This document shows, piece after piece, positions 18,691-29,492 of a stretch of 64,000 nt of DNA. This DNA is from an uncultured Oscillibacter sp. (GTDB lineage: Bacteria > Bacillota > Clostridia > Oscillospirales > Oscillospiraceae). The notes below the pieces were generated by a model, which searched no databases, was not told the DNA's origin, and saw nothing but the letters and a program-made list of their open reading frames with translations. The position numbers were made by a program, and so were the translations under genes. Location of the stretch: positions 64,907 through 128,906 of the forward strand of contig CANRYZ010000001.1 in NCBI GenBank assembly GCA_947644365.1, given 5' to 3'. Each line of letters opens with the position of its first letter. Position 1 is the first letter of the stretch.

Positions 18691-19698
18691 TCAGCGGGCG
18701 ATGAAGCCGACCTTGCGGTGGACCTTGTCCAGCGTCCGCTGGGCCACCCGGCCGGCCCGCCGGGCGCCCTCCCGGTAGATGCTCTCCAGATGCGCCTTGT
18801 CTCCCATCAGGCGGGCGGCCTCCTCCCGGATGGGGCGCAGCAGCTCAATCACCGCGTCTCCCACGGCGGGCTTGAACACGCCGTAGCCCTGGCCGGCGAA
18901 CTCCGCCTGAGCCTCTTCCATAGTCTTGCCCGCGGCGGCGCAGTAGATGGTCAGCAGATTGGACACGCCGGGCTTGTTCTCCTTGTCGTAACGGACGCTG
19001 GTCTCGCTGTCGGTGACGGCCCGCTTAAACTTCCGCTGGATGACCTCCGGGGAATCCATGAGATTGACGCAGCCATCAGGGTCCGACTTGCTCATCTTGT
19101 TCAGGGGATTGCCAAGGCTCATGATCCGGGCCCCCTGCTCCACGCGGGGGATAAAGGCCTCCGGCAGAACGAAGGTGTCGCTGTACACGCCGTTGAAGCG
19201 CTGGGCGATGTCCCGGCACAGCTCCACATGCTGGCGCTGGTCCTCTCCCACCGGCACGTAGTCCGCCTGATAGAGCAGGATGTCCGCCGCCATCAGCACC
19301 GGATAGGTGAAGAGGCCGGCGGTAATGTTGTCTGCGTGCTGCTGGGATTTCTGCTTAAACTGGGTCATGCGGCTCAGCTCGCCGAATTGGGTGTAACAGC
19401 CCAAGATCCAACCCAGCTCCGCGTGCTGCGGCACATGGCTCTGCACAAACAGGATGCTCTTTTCCGGGTCCAGGCCGCAGGCGAGATACTGGGCCAGCTG
19501 CTCCAGCGCCCGGCGGCGCAGGTCCGCGGGGTTCTGCCGCACGGTGATGGCGTGCATGTCCACGATGCAGTACACGCAGTCGTAGTCGTCCTGCATGGCC
19601 ACCCAGTTCTTGATCGCGCCCATATAGGAGCCCAGGGTCAGGTCGCCGCTGGGCTGGATGCCGCTGAATACTCTCTTTTTCCGCTCTTGATTTTCCAT
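18691..19698 (-). CDS. trpS: Tryptophan--tRNA ligase
   Basis: FSGIQPSG, TLGS (HIGH-equivalent), YPVLMAADIL, GEDQRQH, KMSKS; GAGGTG RBS. Confidence 0.97.
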   Translation of the reverse strand: MENQERKKRVFSGIQPSGDLTLGSYMGAIKNWVAMQDDYDCVYCIVDMHAITVRQNPADLRRRALEQLAQYLACGLDPEKSILFVQSHVPQHAELGWILGCYTQFGELSRMTQFKQKSQQHADNITAGLFTYPVLMAADILLYQADYVPVGEDQRQHVELCRDIAQRFNGVYSDTFVLPEAFIPRVEQGARIMSLGNPLNKMSKSDPDGCVNLMDSPEVIQRKFKRAVTDSETSVRYDKENKPGVSNLLTIYCAAAGKTMEEAQAEFAGQGYGVFKPAVGDAVIELLRPIREEAARLMGDKAHLESIYREGARRAGRVAQRTLDKVHRKVGFIAR

Positions 19699-19776
19699 GA
19701 TTAGACACCTCGTATCTGCGATTTGACGCCGCCCCTCCGGCGGCGGATAAAACGCCCAAAGGCTCACTCAGTGGGT

Positions 19777-19805
19777 ATTGTACCACACCTTTCCACTTTA
19801 GGCAA
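19777..19805 (-). promoter_or_regulatory. Internal sigma-A promoter between the T-box terminator and trpS
   Basis: TTGCCT-17-TACAAT with extended -10 TG. Confidence 0.55.
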
Positions 19806-19890
19806 TGAAAAGCGGCGGGGCGGGCGCCGGTTCTGCCGTAGAATTTAAGATTTGTTCACATCCCCCGCGCCTCCGGCCCGGGCACACGGC

Positions 19891-20170
19891 AAACAAAAAG
19901 CGCCCCTGTCCCCCGCGTTTCGCGCTGGGACAGAAGCGGTTCCTCACTTCTGCGGTGCCACCCGGCTTGGCGTGAATCCTCACGCCCCCTCAATGCGTAC
20001 CGACATACGCCGGATTTGATAACGGAGTCCCCTCCGGCTCGCCTACTTGCCATGCGTTCGGTCCGCCCTCAAAAGCCCATTCACCCTGGCCGTCCCCGCC
20101 CCGCTTCCACCGTCCGGAGCTCTCTTAAAGAGTCCCTGCCAGGGGTACTTACACTTTCTCAAAGGTTTTA
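19891..20170 (-). promoter_or_regulatory. T-box riboswitch, Trp-specific
   Basis: Specifier GAA-UGG (20077-20079), AGUA/GAA motifs, T-box GGGUGGCACCGC within 19952-19968, terminator with U-tract; promoter TTGACA-17-TATAGT at 20178-20206. Confidence 0.92.
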
Positions 20171-20310
20171 TGGGCGTACTATACCACCTTATCCAGTGAA
20201 TGTCAAGGCGAATTTCGCCGGCGGGGCCATCCCGGCCTTGACAATCCGCGCCGCAGCCGCCATAATGTCAAATGTATGTTGAGACAAATTTCCAACAGGA
20301 GGTTTTTCCT

Positions 20311-21798
20311 ATGGCTCTTGATATGGCCTTTTTTCAGGAGATGGAGGCCCGGATTCCCAAAGGGATGGTCCGCACCCGCTTCGCCCCCTCCCCCACCGGC
20401 TACATGCACGTGGGCAACCTGCGCACCGCGCTGTATACCTGGCTCATCGCCCGCCACAGCCGCGGCACCTTTATCCTCCGCATCGAGGACACGGATCAGG
20501 GACGCCTGGTAGAGGGCGCCACCGACGTCATCTACCGCACCATGCGGGAGTGCGGCCTGACCCACGACGAGGGCCCCGACGTGGGCGGCCCCGTGGGCCC
20601 CTATATCCAGTCGGAGCGGCGGGACCTCTACGGCAGGTACGCCCATCTTCTTGTGGAGAAGGGCGCGGCCTACTACTGCTTCTGCGAGAAGACCGAGTCC
20701 GAGGAGGACTCCGGCAATTTTGACCGCGCCGCCGACCCCTGCCGCAGTCTCAGTCCGGAGGAAATCCAGGCCAACCTGGACGCCGGAAAGCCCTATGTCA
20801 TCCGCCAGCGCATCCCCCAGGAGGGAAGCACCACCTTCCACGACGTCTCCTTCGGGGACATCACTGTGGAGAACAAGACCCTGGATGACCAGGTTCTGCT
20901 AAAACGGGACGGCCTGCCCACCTATAACTTCGCCAATGTGGTGGACGATCATCTGATGGGCATCACCCACGTGGTGCGGGGCAGCGAATATCTCAGTTCC
21001 GCTCCCAAGTACAATCTGCTGTACGAGGCCTTCGGCTGGGACATTCCCACCTATGTCCACTGTTCCCCTGTCATGCGGGACCAGCACAACAAGATGTCCA
21101 AGCGCCACGGCGACCCCTCCTATGAAGACCTCATCGCCCAGGGCTATCTGACCCCCGCCGTGCTCAACTATGTGGCGCTGCTGGGCTGGGCGCCCAAGGG
21201 TGAGCGCAGTGAGCAGGAGATCTTCTCCCTCGAGGAGCTGGTGGACGCCTTTGACATCGCCGGCATCTCCAAGTCCCCCGCCATCTTCGACATGGCCAAG
21301 CTGGACTACTTCAACGCCACCTACCTGCGGGCCCTGCCCCCGGCGGAATTCGCCCGGACCGCGGAGCCCTATATCCGCCAGACGGTGAAGAACCCCGCCA
21401 TCGACACGGCAGCCGTGGCCGGCCTGCTCCAGGCCCGGTGCGAAAAGCTGACGGACATCCCCGAGAAGGTGGATTTCTTTGACGCGGTACCGGAGTACGG
21501 CGTGGAGTTTTTCACCAACAAGAAGTCCAAAACCAACCCAGAGGTCTGCAAGGCCATGCTGGAGGCCGCCATCCCCGCGCTGGCCGCCCTGCCGGAGTGG
21601 ACCCAGGACGCCATTCACGACCACCTCATCGCTCTGGCGGAATCCCTGGGGGTGAAAAACGCCACGCTGATGTGGCCCATCCGCATCGCCGCCGCCGGCA
21701 AGCTGGTGACTCCCGGCGGAGCGGTGGAGATCTGCCACATCCTGGGCCGGGAGGAGGCCCTGCGCCGTCTGCGGGCGGGGCTTGATATGCTGGCATGA
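20311..21798 (+). CDS. gltX: Glutamate--tRNA ligase
   Basis: RTRFAPSPTG, HVGN, RIEDTD, KMSKR; AGGAGG RBS; TTGACA-17-CATAAT promoter. Confidence 0.97.
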   Translation: MALDMAFFQEMEARIPKGMVRTRFAPSPTGYMHVGNLRTALYTWLIARHSRGTFILRIEDTDQGRLVEGATDVIYRTMRECGLTHDEGPDVGGPVGPYIQSERRDLYGRYAHLLVEKGAAYYCFCEKTESEEDSGNFDRAADPCRSLSPEEIQANLDAGKPYVIRQRIPQEGSTTFHDVSFGDITVENKTLDDQVLLKRDGLPTYNFANVVDDHLMGITHVVRGSEYLSSAPKYNLLYEAFGWDIPTYVHCSPVMRDQHNKMSKRHGDPSYEDLIAQGYLTPAVLNYVALLGWAPKGERSEQEIFSLEELVDAFDIAGISKSPAIFDMAKLDYFNATYLRALPPAEFARTAEPYIRQTVKNPAIDTAAVAGLLQARCEKLTDIPEKVDFFDAVPEYGVEFFTNKKSKTNPEVCKAMLEAAIPALAALPEWTQDAIHDHLIALAESLGVKNATLMWPIRIAAAGKLVTPGGAVEICHILGREEALRRLRAGLDMLA

Positions 21799-22424
21799 AC
21801 GACAACATCCCACGCTCCCCTCTCGGCGGTCTCCGGGAGGCCTGGGCGGACGGGCTGCGGGAGGAGGTCCGGCGCTCCGCCATTGCCTTTATGGCCATCT
21901 GGGCGCTGTTCTTCGCCGTGTGTATGATCCTCCCGGACCTCCGGGCCAAGCTGGTGGACATGATGTTCTCCACGCTCAACGGCATGGACGTCACGGACGC
22001 CAGCGGGAAAATCTCCGCCCTGGCCCTGTTCCTCAACAACGTGCAGGCCACAGCCTTCATCATGCTCTACGGCCTGGTTCCCTTTATCCAGCTGCCCGCC
22101 CTGGCTCTGGGCGTGAACGCCATGATGCTGGGGGTGATGGCGTCGTGGTACGCCGCGGAGGGCCTCTCCCTCCTGGCTTACCTGGCCGCCCTGCTCCCCC
22201 ACGGCGTGCTGGAGCTGCCGGCGCTGTTCCTGGCCTTCGGCACGGGCCTGTACATCTGCGGACAGCTGACCCGCCGCTGCCGGAAGGACAAAAGCGCCCA
22301 ATCTCTGTGGGCATGTATGACGCTGGCCTCTCAGATGCTGCTGTCGGTACTGGTTCCCCTTCTTCTGACCGCCTCCTTTGTGGAGGCCTATGTCACCCCG
22401 GCCGTGGCCGCGCTCGTCCACTGA
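21795..22424 (+). CDS. SpoIIM/DUF95 family membrane protein
   Basis: LFLNN, LLPHGVLELPA, ASFVEAYVTP motifs; ATGA overlap with gltX. Confidence 0.85.
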   Translation: MNDNIPRSPLGGLREAWADGLREEVRRSAIAFMAIWALFFAVCMILPDLRAKLVDMMFSTLNGMDVTDASGKISALALFLNNVQATAFIMLYGLVPFIQLPALALGVNAMMLGVMASWYAAEGLSLLAYLAALLPHGVLELPALFLAFGTGLYICGQLTRRCRKDKSAQSLWACMTLASQMLLSVLVPLLLTASFVEAYVTPAVAALVH

Positions 22425-22471
22425 GCTCCCCCAAAATCTATATTCTATAATAAAAGGACTGGTTTCATCAC

Positions 22472-23479
22472 ATGAGCAAACTCACCATTCCCGCCGGCTA
22501 CAAGATGCCCCTGACCAACAACAAGCTCCAGCGGGCCATCGAGCTGATCCACGCGGATTTCCAGCACAACCTCACTGTCCGGCTGAACCTGCACCGGGTC
22601 TCCGCCCCCCTGTTCGTGGACGGCGCCACCGGCCTGAACGACGACCTCAACGGCGTGGAACGCCCCGTGTCCTTTGACATCCCCGACGTGGGGACCGAGG
22701 GCCAGGTGGTCCACTCCCTGGCCAAGTGGAAGCGCCTGGCCCTGAAACGGTACGAGTTTAAAGAGGGCACCGGACTCTACACGGATATGAACGCCATCCG
22801 CCGGGACGAGGAGCTGGACAATCTCCACTCCATCTACGTGGACCAGTGGGACTGGGAGAAGCACATCTCCCCCCAGAACCGCACCGTTCCATATCTGAAA
22901 GACACCGTACGCGACATCGTAGGCTGCATCTGCGACACCGCCACGGCCCTGCGGAACGCCTACCCCGTCCTCACCTTCCGGCCGGACCGGGACGTGTACT
23001 TCATCACCACCCAGGAGCTGGAGGACCGCTATCCAAACCTCACCCCCTCCCAGCGGGAGCGGGCCGTCTGCCAGGAGCACCACACCGTATTCCTGATGCA
23101 GATCGGCAAAACTCTGGCCTCCGGCATCAAGCACGACGGCCGGGCCCCGGACTACGACGACTGGGAGCTCAACGGCGACATCCTCATGTGGAATCCGGTG
23201 CTTCAAAGTCAGTTTGAGGTGTCCTCCATGGGCATTCGGGTAGACGCCGCATCGCTGGACCGCCAGCTCACCGCCGCCGGCTGCGACCACCGCCGGCAGC
23301 TGCCCTTCCACCAGATGCTCTTAAAGGGCCAGCTTCCCCAGTCCATGGGCGGCGGGATTGGGCAATCGCGGCTGTGCATGCTGCTACTGGGGACCTGCCA
23401 TATCGGGGAGGTCCAGGCCAGTCTGTGGGACCGGGAGACCGTGGAAGGCTGCGAAAAAGCGGGAATCACGCTGCTGTAA
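22472..23479 (+). CDS. asnA: Aspartate--ammonia ligase
   Basis: VHSLAKWKR, YVDQWDWE, RAPDYDDW, GGGIGQSRL motifs. Confidence 0.97.
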   Translation: MSKLTIPAGYKMPLTNNKLQRAIELIHADFQHNLTVRLNLHRVSAPLFVDGATGLNDDLNGVERPVSFDIPDVGTEGQVVHSLAKWKRLALKRYEFKEGTGLYTDMNAIRRDEELDNLHSIYVDQWDWEKHISPQNRTVPYLKDTVRDIVGCICDTATALRNAYPVLTFRPDRDVYFITTQELEDRYPNLTPSQRERAVCQEHHTVFLMQIGKTLASGIKHDGRAPDYDDWELNGDILMWNPVLQSQFEVSSMGIRVDAASLDRQLTAAGCDHRRQLPFHQMLLKGQLPQSMGGGIGQSRLCMLLLGTCHIGEVQASLWDRETVEGCEKAGITLL

Positions 23480-23686
23480 AAGTTTCGCCGGCCTTTTCAA
23501 AGGCCGCGGGGGTCCAGGGGGCGCCGCCCCCTGGAGAGCCGCTGAAACGCAGAAAACAGGCCCGGAGACATTCGTCTCCGGGCTTTTACTTATAGTTATA
23601 GAAACGCAAACGGCTGGGCTCCGCCCAGACCCGCCAGGGCTTTGCCCTGGACCCACCGCCCTTTGAAAAGGGCGGCCCTAAACTTT
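23478..23686. repeat. Inverted pair of REP-like composite palindromes flanking a terminator hairpin
   Basis: AAAGTTT..GCCG.CCTTTTCAAAGG..G..GGGTCCAGGG at 23478-23534 (+) and 23614-23686 (-); central GCCCGGAGAC/GTCTCCGGGC hairpin. Confidence 0.7.
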
Positions 23687-23702
23687 ATTGGCGGACGTCC
23701 CC

Positions 23703-24917
23703 TCAGCCCTGCGCCACGTCCGCCGCAATGGCATCCGCCAACGCCTCCAGCGCCTCCCGCTGGGGCGTCTGCACGGCGGACTTCACCGTGACGCCGCTCT
23801 CCAGCACCGTCATGTTCTTCATGCCGGAGAGGATCTCCCGGATCAGCTTCCCCGCCTGGGGACCCCAGGAGCCGTTTTCGATCACAGCCGCCGTACGGCT
23901 TTGCAGGTTGTGGGCCTTCAAATCCAGCAGCAGATTCTCCATGGGGGTGAAGATGCCGTTGTTATACGTAGCCGCGGCAAACACCAGATGGCTGCACCGG
24001 AAGCACTCCGCCACCAGCTGGGACACATCGGTGTGAGACACGTCATATTGGGCGATGTTCCGCACGCCCTTCTCCGACAGCCGGGCCGCCAGAATATCGG
24101 CCGCGTTGTCCGTGTTGCCGTAGACAGAGCCGGTGAAAATGGCCACCGCCTGGTCCTCCGGCGCATAGGTGCTCCAGCGCTGGTACTTCTCCACAAACCA
24201 GTTGATGTTCTCCCGCCAGACAGGGCCGTGGAGGGGACAGACCATGGCGACGTCCAGTCCGGCGGCCTTTTTCAGCAGGGACTGCACCTGCATTCCATAT
24301 TTACCAACGATATTGGTGTAGTACCGGCGGGCGTCGTCCAGCCAGTCCCGCTCAAAATTCACCTGGTCGGCAAAGAGGTTGCCGCTGAGGGCTCCGAAAG
24401 TGCCGAAGGCGTCGGCGGAGAAGAGGATCTTGTCCGTGGCGTCGTAAGTCACCATGACCTCCGGCCAGTGGACCATGGGGGCCATGACGAAGGTGAAGGT
24501 GTGCCTCCCGGTAGAGAGGGTGTCTCCCTCCTTCACCACCACGGCCCGGCTGGAGAGGTCCTCCCCGGTGAACTGGGCCAGCATGGCGAGGGTCTTGGCA
24601 TTGCCCACCACCCGGGCCTCCGGCCAGCGGCGCAGCACGCCCGCCAGGGACGCGCTGTGGTCCGGCTCCATGTGGTTCACCACCACGTAGTCCAGGGGGC
24701 GGCCGGCCAGGCTGTGCTCCAGATTCTCCTGGAAGCGAACGGCCACCGCCTCCTCCACAGCGTCCAGCAGCGCCGTTTTCTCATCCAGCATCAGATAGGC
24801 ATTGTAGCTGACGCCCCTGGGAATGGGAAACACATTTTCAAAAAGGGCCAGACGGCGGTCTGAAGCCCCTACGTATACCAGATCCGAGGTAATGCTCTGT
24901 ACACAATACATGGTCAT
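23703..24917 (-). CDS. fprA: Flavodiiron protein (FprA family)
   Basis: SYNAYL, HMEPDH, MVHWPE, SADAFG, PLHGP motifs; flavodoxin domain SVYGNT. Confidence 0.93.
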   Translation of the reverse strand: MTMYCVQSITSDLVYVGASDRRLALFENVFPIPRGVSYNAYLMLDEKTALLDAVEEAVAVRFQENLEHSLAGRPLDYVVVNHMEPDHSASLAGVLRRWPEARVVGNAKTLAMLAQFTGEDLSSRAVVVKEGDTLSTGRHTFTFVMAPMVHWPEVMVTYDATDKILFSADAFGTFGALSGNLFADQVNFERDWLDDARRYYTNIVGKYGMQVQSLLKKAAGLDVAMVCPLHGPVWRENINWFVEKYQRWSTYAPEDQAVAIFTGSVYGNTDNAADILAARLSEKGVRNIAQYDVSHTDVSQLVAECFRCSHLVFAAATYNNGIFTPMENLLLDLKAHNLQSRTAAVIENGSWGPQAGKLIREILSGMKNMTVLESGVTVKSAVQTPQREALEALADAIAADVAQG

Positions 24918-25053
24918 ATCTCCTTCTATGTTTTCCGGAGACCACTTTACTCAAATTCCCCTGATTTGTCAAGGCACTTACTGGAAATTTATGCGCAAAG
25001 GCAAAATGAGAGGACGGCTGAAACCGTCCTCCCACTCGTTCTGGGTTTTAAGA

Positions 25054-25758
25054 TTACACCGGGTCCTGCTTGCCGCCAAAGGCTTCCACAGCCCGGGCGT
25101 CCGCCTCCCGCTTCTCCTCAATGGCCTCTTTCAGGATCATATCCTTCACCTTCATGAGCCGGATCGTGGTGGCGCGGTCGTTCTCATCCAGCTTCATGTT
25201 GATATACCGGATAGCCTCCTGGGTATTGGGGATCATCACGTACTCCAGGGCGTTGACCCGGCGGCGGGTCTTCTCGATCTCCTCCGCCATCAGCTGGGCG
25301 GACTTCTCGATCTCCGCCAGCTTGAGCATCTTCCGGAACACCTTCCCCAGGGCGTCTACGGCGGTGTCCAGCTCGCCGGAGGTAGCCGCGAAGCCATAGG
25401 GGTAGATGTCGGAATCAGACCGGGTCTGGGTCTGGAAGTCATAGATAGGCACGTTGACGGACATGATGTTCTGGAAGGTCATGGTCAGCTCCACGCTCTG
25501 CTTGGGGTAGACCAGAGCCTGCTCCAGGGCCTCGGAGCTCATGAGAGCGGAGGCGACGGTGAAGGACTTGTGCACCGTCATCAGCTCCTCCTCCACCTCG
25601 GCCCGGAGGGCCCGGACCTCCCGGACCGTCTCCAGGAACTGCTTCATCAGCTCATCCCGCTTGTCTTTCAGCAGCTTGTGGCCCCGCTGGGCGGTGCGCA
25701 GCTTGCCTTTCAGGCGGGTGAGCTCCATTCGGGTGGGGCTTACCGTGATATTCGCCAT
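25054..25758 (-). CDS. ntpD: V/A-type ATPase subunit D
   Basis: PTRMEL, GHKLLKDKRDEL, TRRRVNALE. Confidence 0.96.
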   Translation of the reverse strand: MANITVSPTRMELTRLKGKLRTAQRGHKLLKDKRDELMKQFLETVREVRALRAEVEEELMTVHKSFTVASALMSSEALEQALVYPKQSVELTMTFQNIMSVNVPIYDFQTQTRSDSDIYPYGFAATSGELDTAVDALGKVFRKMLKLAEIEKSAQLMAEEIEKTRRRVNALEYVMIPNTQEAIRYINMKLDENDRATTIRLMKVKDMILKEAIEEKREADARAVEAFGGKQDPV

Positions 25759-25771
25759 GGCTCACCCCTCC

Positions 25772-27157
25772 TTACTGCTCGTCTTTCTTCGGCCAGTACT
25801 TCTCGATCAGCTCCGGTTTGATACGTTTCAGCTCGCTCTTGGGCAGAATGCTCAGAAGCTCCCAGCCCAGGTCCAGGGTCTCCTCGATGGAGCGGTTCTC
25901 CTCGTAGCCCTGGTTCACATACCGCTTCTCAAACTCGTCGGCGAATTTGGCGTACAGCAGATCCGTGGGGGTCAGGGCCGCCTCGCCCAGAATGGACATC
26001 AGCTCCTTGTTGTCCTTACCGGTGGAGTAGGCAGCGAAGAGCTGGTTCATGGTGCTGGCGTGGTCCTCCCGGGTCTTGCCCTCGCCAACGCCCTTATCCT
26101 TCAGACGGGACAGAGAGGGCAGCACGTCCACCGGCGGGTGGATGCCCTGGCGGTACAGCGCACGGGAGAGGATGATCTGGCCCTCGGTGATATAGCCCGT
26201 CAGGTCGGGGATGGGGTGGGTCTTGTCGTCCTCGGGCATGGTCAGGATGGGGATCATGGTGATGGACCCCTTCTTGCCCAGCTGGCGGCCGGCCCGCTCG
26301 TACAGGGTGGCCAGGTTGGTGTACAGATAGCCCGGGAAACCGCGGCGGCCCGGAACCTCTTTCTTGGCGGCAGAGACCTCACGGAGGGCCTCGGCGTAGT
26401 TGGTGATGTCGGTCATGATGACCAGCACGTGCATATCCTTCTCAAAGGCCAGGTACTCCGCGGCGGTCAGGGCCATACGGGGCGTGGCAATACGCTCCAC
26501 GGCGGGGTCGTTGGCCAGGTTGGAGAAGAGCACGGTACGGTCGATGGCGCCGGTGCGCTTAAATTCGTTGACGAAAAACTCGGACTCCTCGAAGGTGATG
26601 CCGATGGCGGCGAACACCACGGCGAAGTTGGCCGCCTCGTCGCCCAGCACCTTGGCCTGGCGGGCGATCTGAGCCGCCAGGTTGGCGTGGGGCAGGCCGG
26701 AGCCGGAGAAGATGGGCAGCTTCTGCCCGCGGACCAGGGTGTTCAATCCGTCGATGGTGGAAACGCCGGTCTGGATGAACTCGTTGGGGTAGTCCCGGGC
26801 GGCGGGGTTCATGGGCAGGCCGTCGATGTCCCGGTACTCCTCCGCCAGGATCTCCGGACCGCCATCGATGGGGCGGCCCATGCCGTTGAACACGCGGCCC
26901 AGCATATCGCCGGACACGCCCAGCTGCAGGGGATGTCCCAGGAAGCGAACCTTGGCGTCCGCCAGGTTGATGCCGGCGGCGGACTCAAACAGCTGGACCA
27001 CGGCGGTGTCGCCGTTGACCTCCAGCACCTGCCCGCGGCGGGTGCTGCCGTCGTGGAGCTCCACCTCCACCAGCTCGTTGTAGGTGACGTTTTCCACCAT
27101 GCGGACCATCATCAGCGGGCTGACGATTTCCTCTACGGTTCTGTATTCACGAATCAT
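25772..27157 (-). CDS. ntpB: V/A-type ATPase subunit B
   Basis: [41 protein letters not shown]. Confidence 0.97.
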   Translation of the reverse strand: MIREYRTVEEIVSPLMMVRMVENVTYNELVEVELHDGSTRRGQVLEVNGDTAVVQLFESAAGINLADAKVRFLGHPLQLGVSGDMLGRVFNGMGRPIDGGPEILAEEYRDIDGLPMNPAARDYPNEFIQTGVSTIDGLNTLVRGQKLPIFSGSGLPHANLAAQIARQAKVLGDEAANFAVVFAAIGITFEESEFFVNEFKRTGAIDRTVLFSNLANDPAVERIATPRMALTAAEYLAFEKDMHVLVIMTDITNYAEALREVSAAKKEVPGRRGFPGYLYTNLATLYERAGRQLGKKGSITMIPILTMPEDDKTHPIPDLTGYITEGQIILSRALYRQGIHPPVDVLPSLSRLKDKGVGEGKTREDHASTMNQLFAAYSTGKDNKELMSILGEAALTPTDLLYAKFADEFEKRYVNQGYEENRSIEETLDLGWELLSILPKSELKRIKPELIEKYWPKKDEQ

Positions 27158-28926
27158 CAGTTCTCACCTCCCTGAGCGGTCACGGCTTCGATCTCCGCCG
27201 CCATGTCCTGCTCGATCTGCTGGTAGACCTGAACGTACTCCTCCGCCGGGACGCTCTTGGCGCGGCCGATCTGCTCCCTGGAGGGAATGTCGAACAGCTT
27301 CGCCACAGGCGCGCCCTTGGCGATGGCCGCCCGGCACAGCTCCTCATAGTGCAGCACCATGGCCAGGAGCTTCTGCTGCCGGTCATAGCTGGAGAAGCCG
27401 TCGATGTCGGTAAAAGCGTTCTGCTGGAGGAAGTCCTCGCGGACCATGCGGGCCACCTCAAGGGTCAGCTGGTCGGCGGGAGACAGGGCGTCCTTGCCCA
27501 CCAGCTGGACGATCTCGTTCAAGCTGGCCTCGTTCTGGAGGATGCTCATGGCACGGCTCCGGTCCCGCATAAACTCCGGCCCGAAATTCTCGTCGAACCA
27601 GGGCTTCAAGGTGTCCAGGTACAGGGAGTAGGAGGTCAGCCAGTTGATGGCCGGGAAGTGGCGCTTATAGGCCAGGGAGGAATCCAGGGCCCAGAACACC
27701 TTGACGATACGCATGGTGGACTGGGACACGGGCTCGGAGAGGTCGCCGCCGGGAGGCGACACGGCTCCCACGGCGGTCAGGCTGCCCCGGCGCTCGTCGC
27801 TACCCAGGCACTCCACGCTGCCGGCCCGCTCGTAAAACTGGGCCAGACGGGAGGCGAGGTACGCGGGATAGCCCTCCTCGCCGGGCATCTCCTCCAGACG
27901 GCCGGACATCTCGCGCAGGGCCTCGGCCCAGCGGGAGGTGGAGTCGGCGATAACCGCCACGTCGTAGCCCATGTCACGGAAATACTCGGCGATGGTGATG
28001 CCGGTGTAGACGGAGGCCTCGCGGGCCGCCACGGGCATATCGGAGGTGTTGGCGATCAGCACCGTCCGCTTCATCAAGGACTCGCCGGTGCGGGGGTCCT
28101 TCAGCTCGGGGAATTCCCGCAGAACGTCGGTCATCTCGTTGCCGCGTTCGCCGCAGCCGATGTAGATCACGATGTCCACATCGGACCACTTGGCCAGCTG
28201 GTGCTGCACCACGGTCTTGCCGGAGCCGAAGGGGCCGGGCACGGCCGCCGTACCGCCCTTGGCGATGGGGAACATGGTGTCGATGATCCGCTGGCCGGAG
28301 CACAACGGCCGCTCCGGGGAATATTTCTTCTCGTAGGGCCGGCCCACGCGGACGGGCCACTTCTGGATCATGGTCAGGGGGACGTCTCTGCCGTCCTCGG
28401 TGGTGAGGGTGGCGATGGTCTCCGTCACGTTGAAGGAGCCGCTCTGAATGTCCTTGATGGTGCCCTTCATATTGGGGGGCACCATAATCTTGTGGAGCAC
28501 CACGGGAGTCTCGGGCACGGTGCCGATGATGTCGCCGCCGGTGACCTTGTCGCCGGCCTTGACGGTGGCGGTGAACTCCCACTTCTTCTCCCGGTCCACG
28601 GCGGGGACCTCCACGCCGCGGGAGATGTTGGCGCCCACCTTCTCCACGATCTTCTCCAGCGGGCGCTGGATGCCGTCGTAGATACCCTCGATCATGCCGG
28701 GCCCCAGCTCCACGCTCATGGGCGCGCCGGTGGTGATGACGTCAGCCCCGGGTCCCAGGCCGGAGGTCTCCTCGTAGACCTGGATGGAGGCGGTGTCGCC
28801 CTTCATGGTCAGGATCTCGCCGATCAGACGCTGGGGGCCAACGCGGACCACGTCGGACATATTGGCGTCCGAAAGTCCCGTGGCGACCACCAGCGGTCCG
28901 GAAACTTTAACAACTTTGCCGCTCAA
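27157..28926 (-). CDS. ntpA: V/A-type ATPase subunit A (TTG start)
   Basis: [25 protein letters not shown]. Confidence 0.97.
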   Translation of the reverse strand: MSGKVVKVSGPLVVATGLSDANMSDVVRVGPQRLIGEILTMKGDTASIQVYEETSGLGPGADVITTGAPMSVELGPGMIEGIYDGIQRPLEKIVEKVGANISRGVEVPAVDREKKWEFTATVKAGDKVTGGDIIGTVPETPVVLHKIMVPPNMKGTIKDIQSGSFNVTETIATLTTEDGRDVPLTMIQKWPVRVGRPYEKKYSPERPLCSGQRIIDTMFPIAKGGTAAVPGPFGSGKTVVQHQLAKWSDVDIVIYIGCGERGNEMTDVLREFPELKDPRTGESLMKRTVLIANTSDMPVAAREASVYTGITIAEYFRDMGYDVAVIADSTSRWAEALREMSGRLEEMPGEEGYPAYLASRLAQFYERAGSVECLGSDERRGSLTAVGAVSPPGGDLSEPVSQSTMRIVKVFWALDSSLAYKRHFPAINWLTSYSLYLDTLKPWFDENFGPEFMRDRSRAMSILQNEASLNEIVQLVGKDALSPADQLTLEVARMVREDFLQQNAFTDIDGFSSYDRQQKLLAMVLHYEELCRAAIAKGAPVAKLFDIPSREQIGRAKSVPAEEYVQVYQQIEQDMAAEIEAVTAQGGEN

Positions 28927-28969
28927 ATTTATACGACCTTCTTTCAGGATAAATTTGCCGGAAGGGTAT

Positions 28970-29158
28970 CCCCTCCCCGTCTAAAGCCACGCCCGGAAAG
29001 GGGCCAAGGGAAACCCGCGGTTTCCCCGGTCGATTCGCCAAAGGCAAATCAAGAAAATGACATCATTTTCGCCGCGGCGTGTACGCGGCGAAAATCCCCC
29101 GGCCCCAGCCGCCTTGGACGGTGGGGGATTCTCAAGGGGGAGCCCGCTCCCCCTTGAC
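28970..29158. repeat. Multi-hairpin intergenic element inside the V-ATPase operon
   Basis: At least six palindromes in a 235-bp gap; imperfect outer inverted repeat CCGTCTAAAGC / GCCTTGGACGG. Confidence 0.55.
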
Positions 29159-29161
29159 CTC

Positions 29162-29479
29162 TCAGAGGATGTCAGCGCCTACGGCTCGTTCAATCGCTCT
29201 TTGAATGTTGTTTTTGCCAATGCCCAGGGAACCCTCCCGGCCGGGGATCAAAATGATGGCGGGACGGAGCTCGTCCTTATACCGGGCCAGCACGTCGTCC
29301 ATATCCTTCGCCAGCTGCTCTGTGAGATAGATCACCGCGCAGTTGGTCTTCGCCAGCTCCCGGACCTTCTCCCTCGCCTCCTCCACGGAGGTGACGGGAT
29401 AGGTGTCCAGCCCCAGGGCACGGAAGCCCATGACGGACTCCCAGTCGCCGATGACGGCGATTTGATATGCAGCAGCCAT
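29162..29479 (-). CDS. V/A-type ATPase subunit F
   Basis: IAVIGD.ESVMGFRALG, IERAVGADIL. Confidence 0.95.
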   Translation of the reverse strand: MAAAYQIAVIGDWESVMGFRALGLDTYPVTSVEEAREKVRELAKTNCAVIYLTEQLAKDMDDVLARYKDELRPAIILIPGREGSLGIGKNNIQRAIERAVGADIL

Positions 29480-29492
29480 AACTTACACCGCC

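Noticed and set aside
16486-19704. 1072-aa plus-strand ORF, and similar long antisense ORFs at 7282-8994, 27349-29157, 31894-33738, 35385-37517, 48814-51177 and 60144-61784
   Set aside because: Each mirrors a well-supported gene on the opposite strand and has a shadow-like composition
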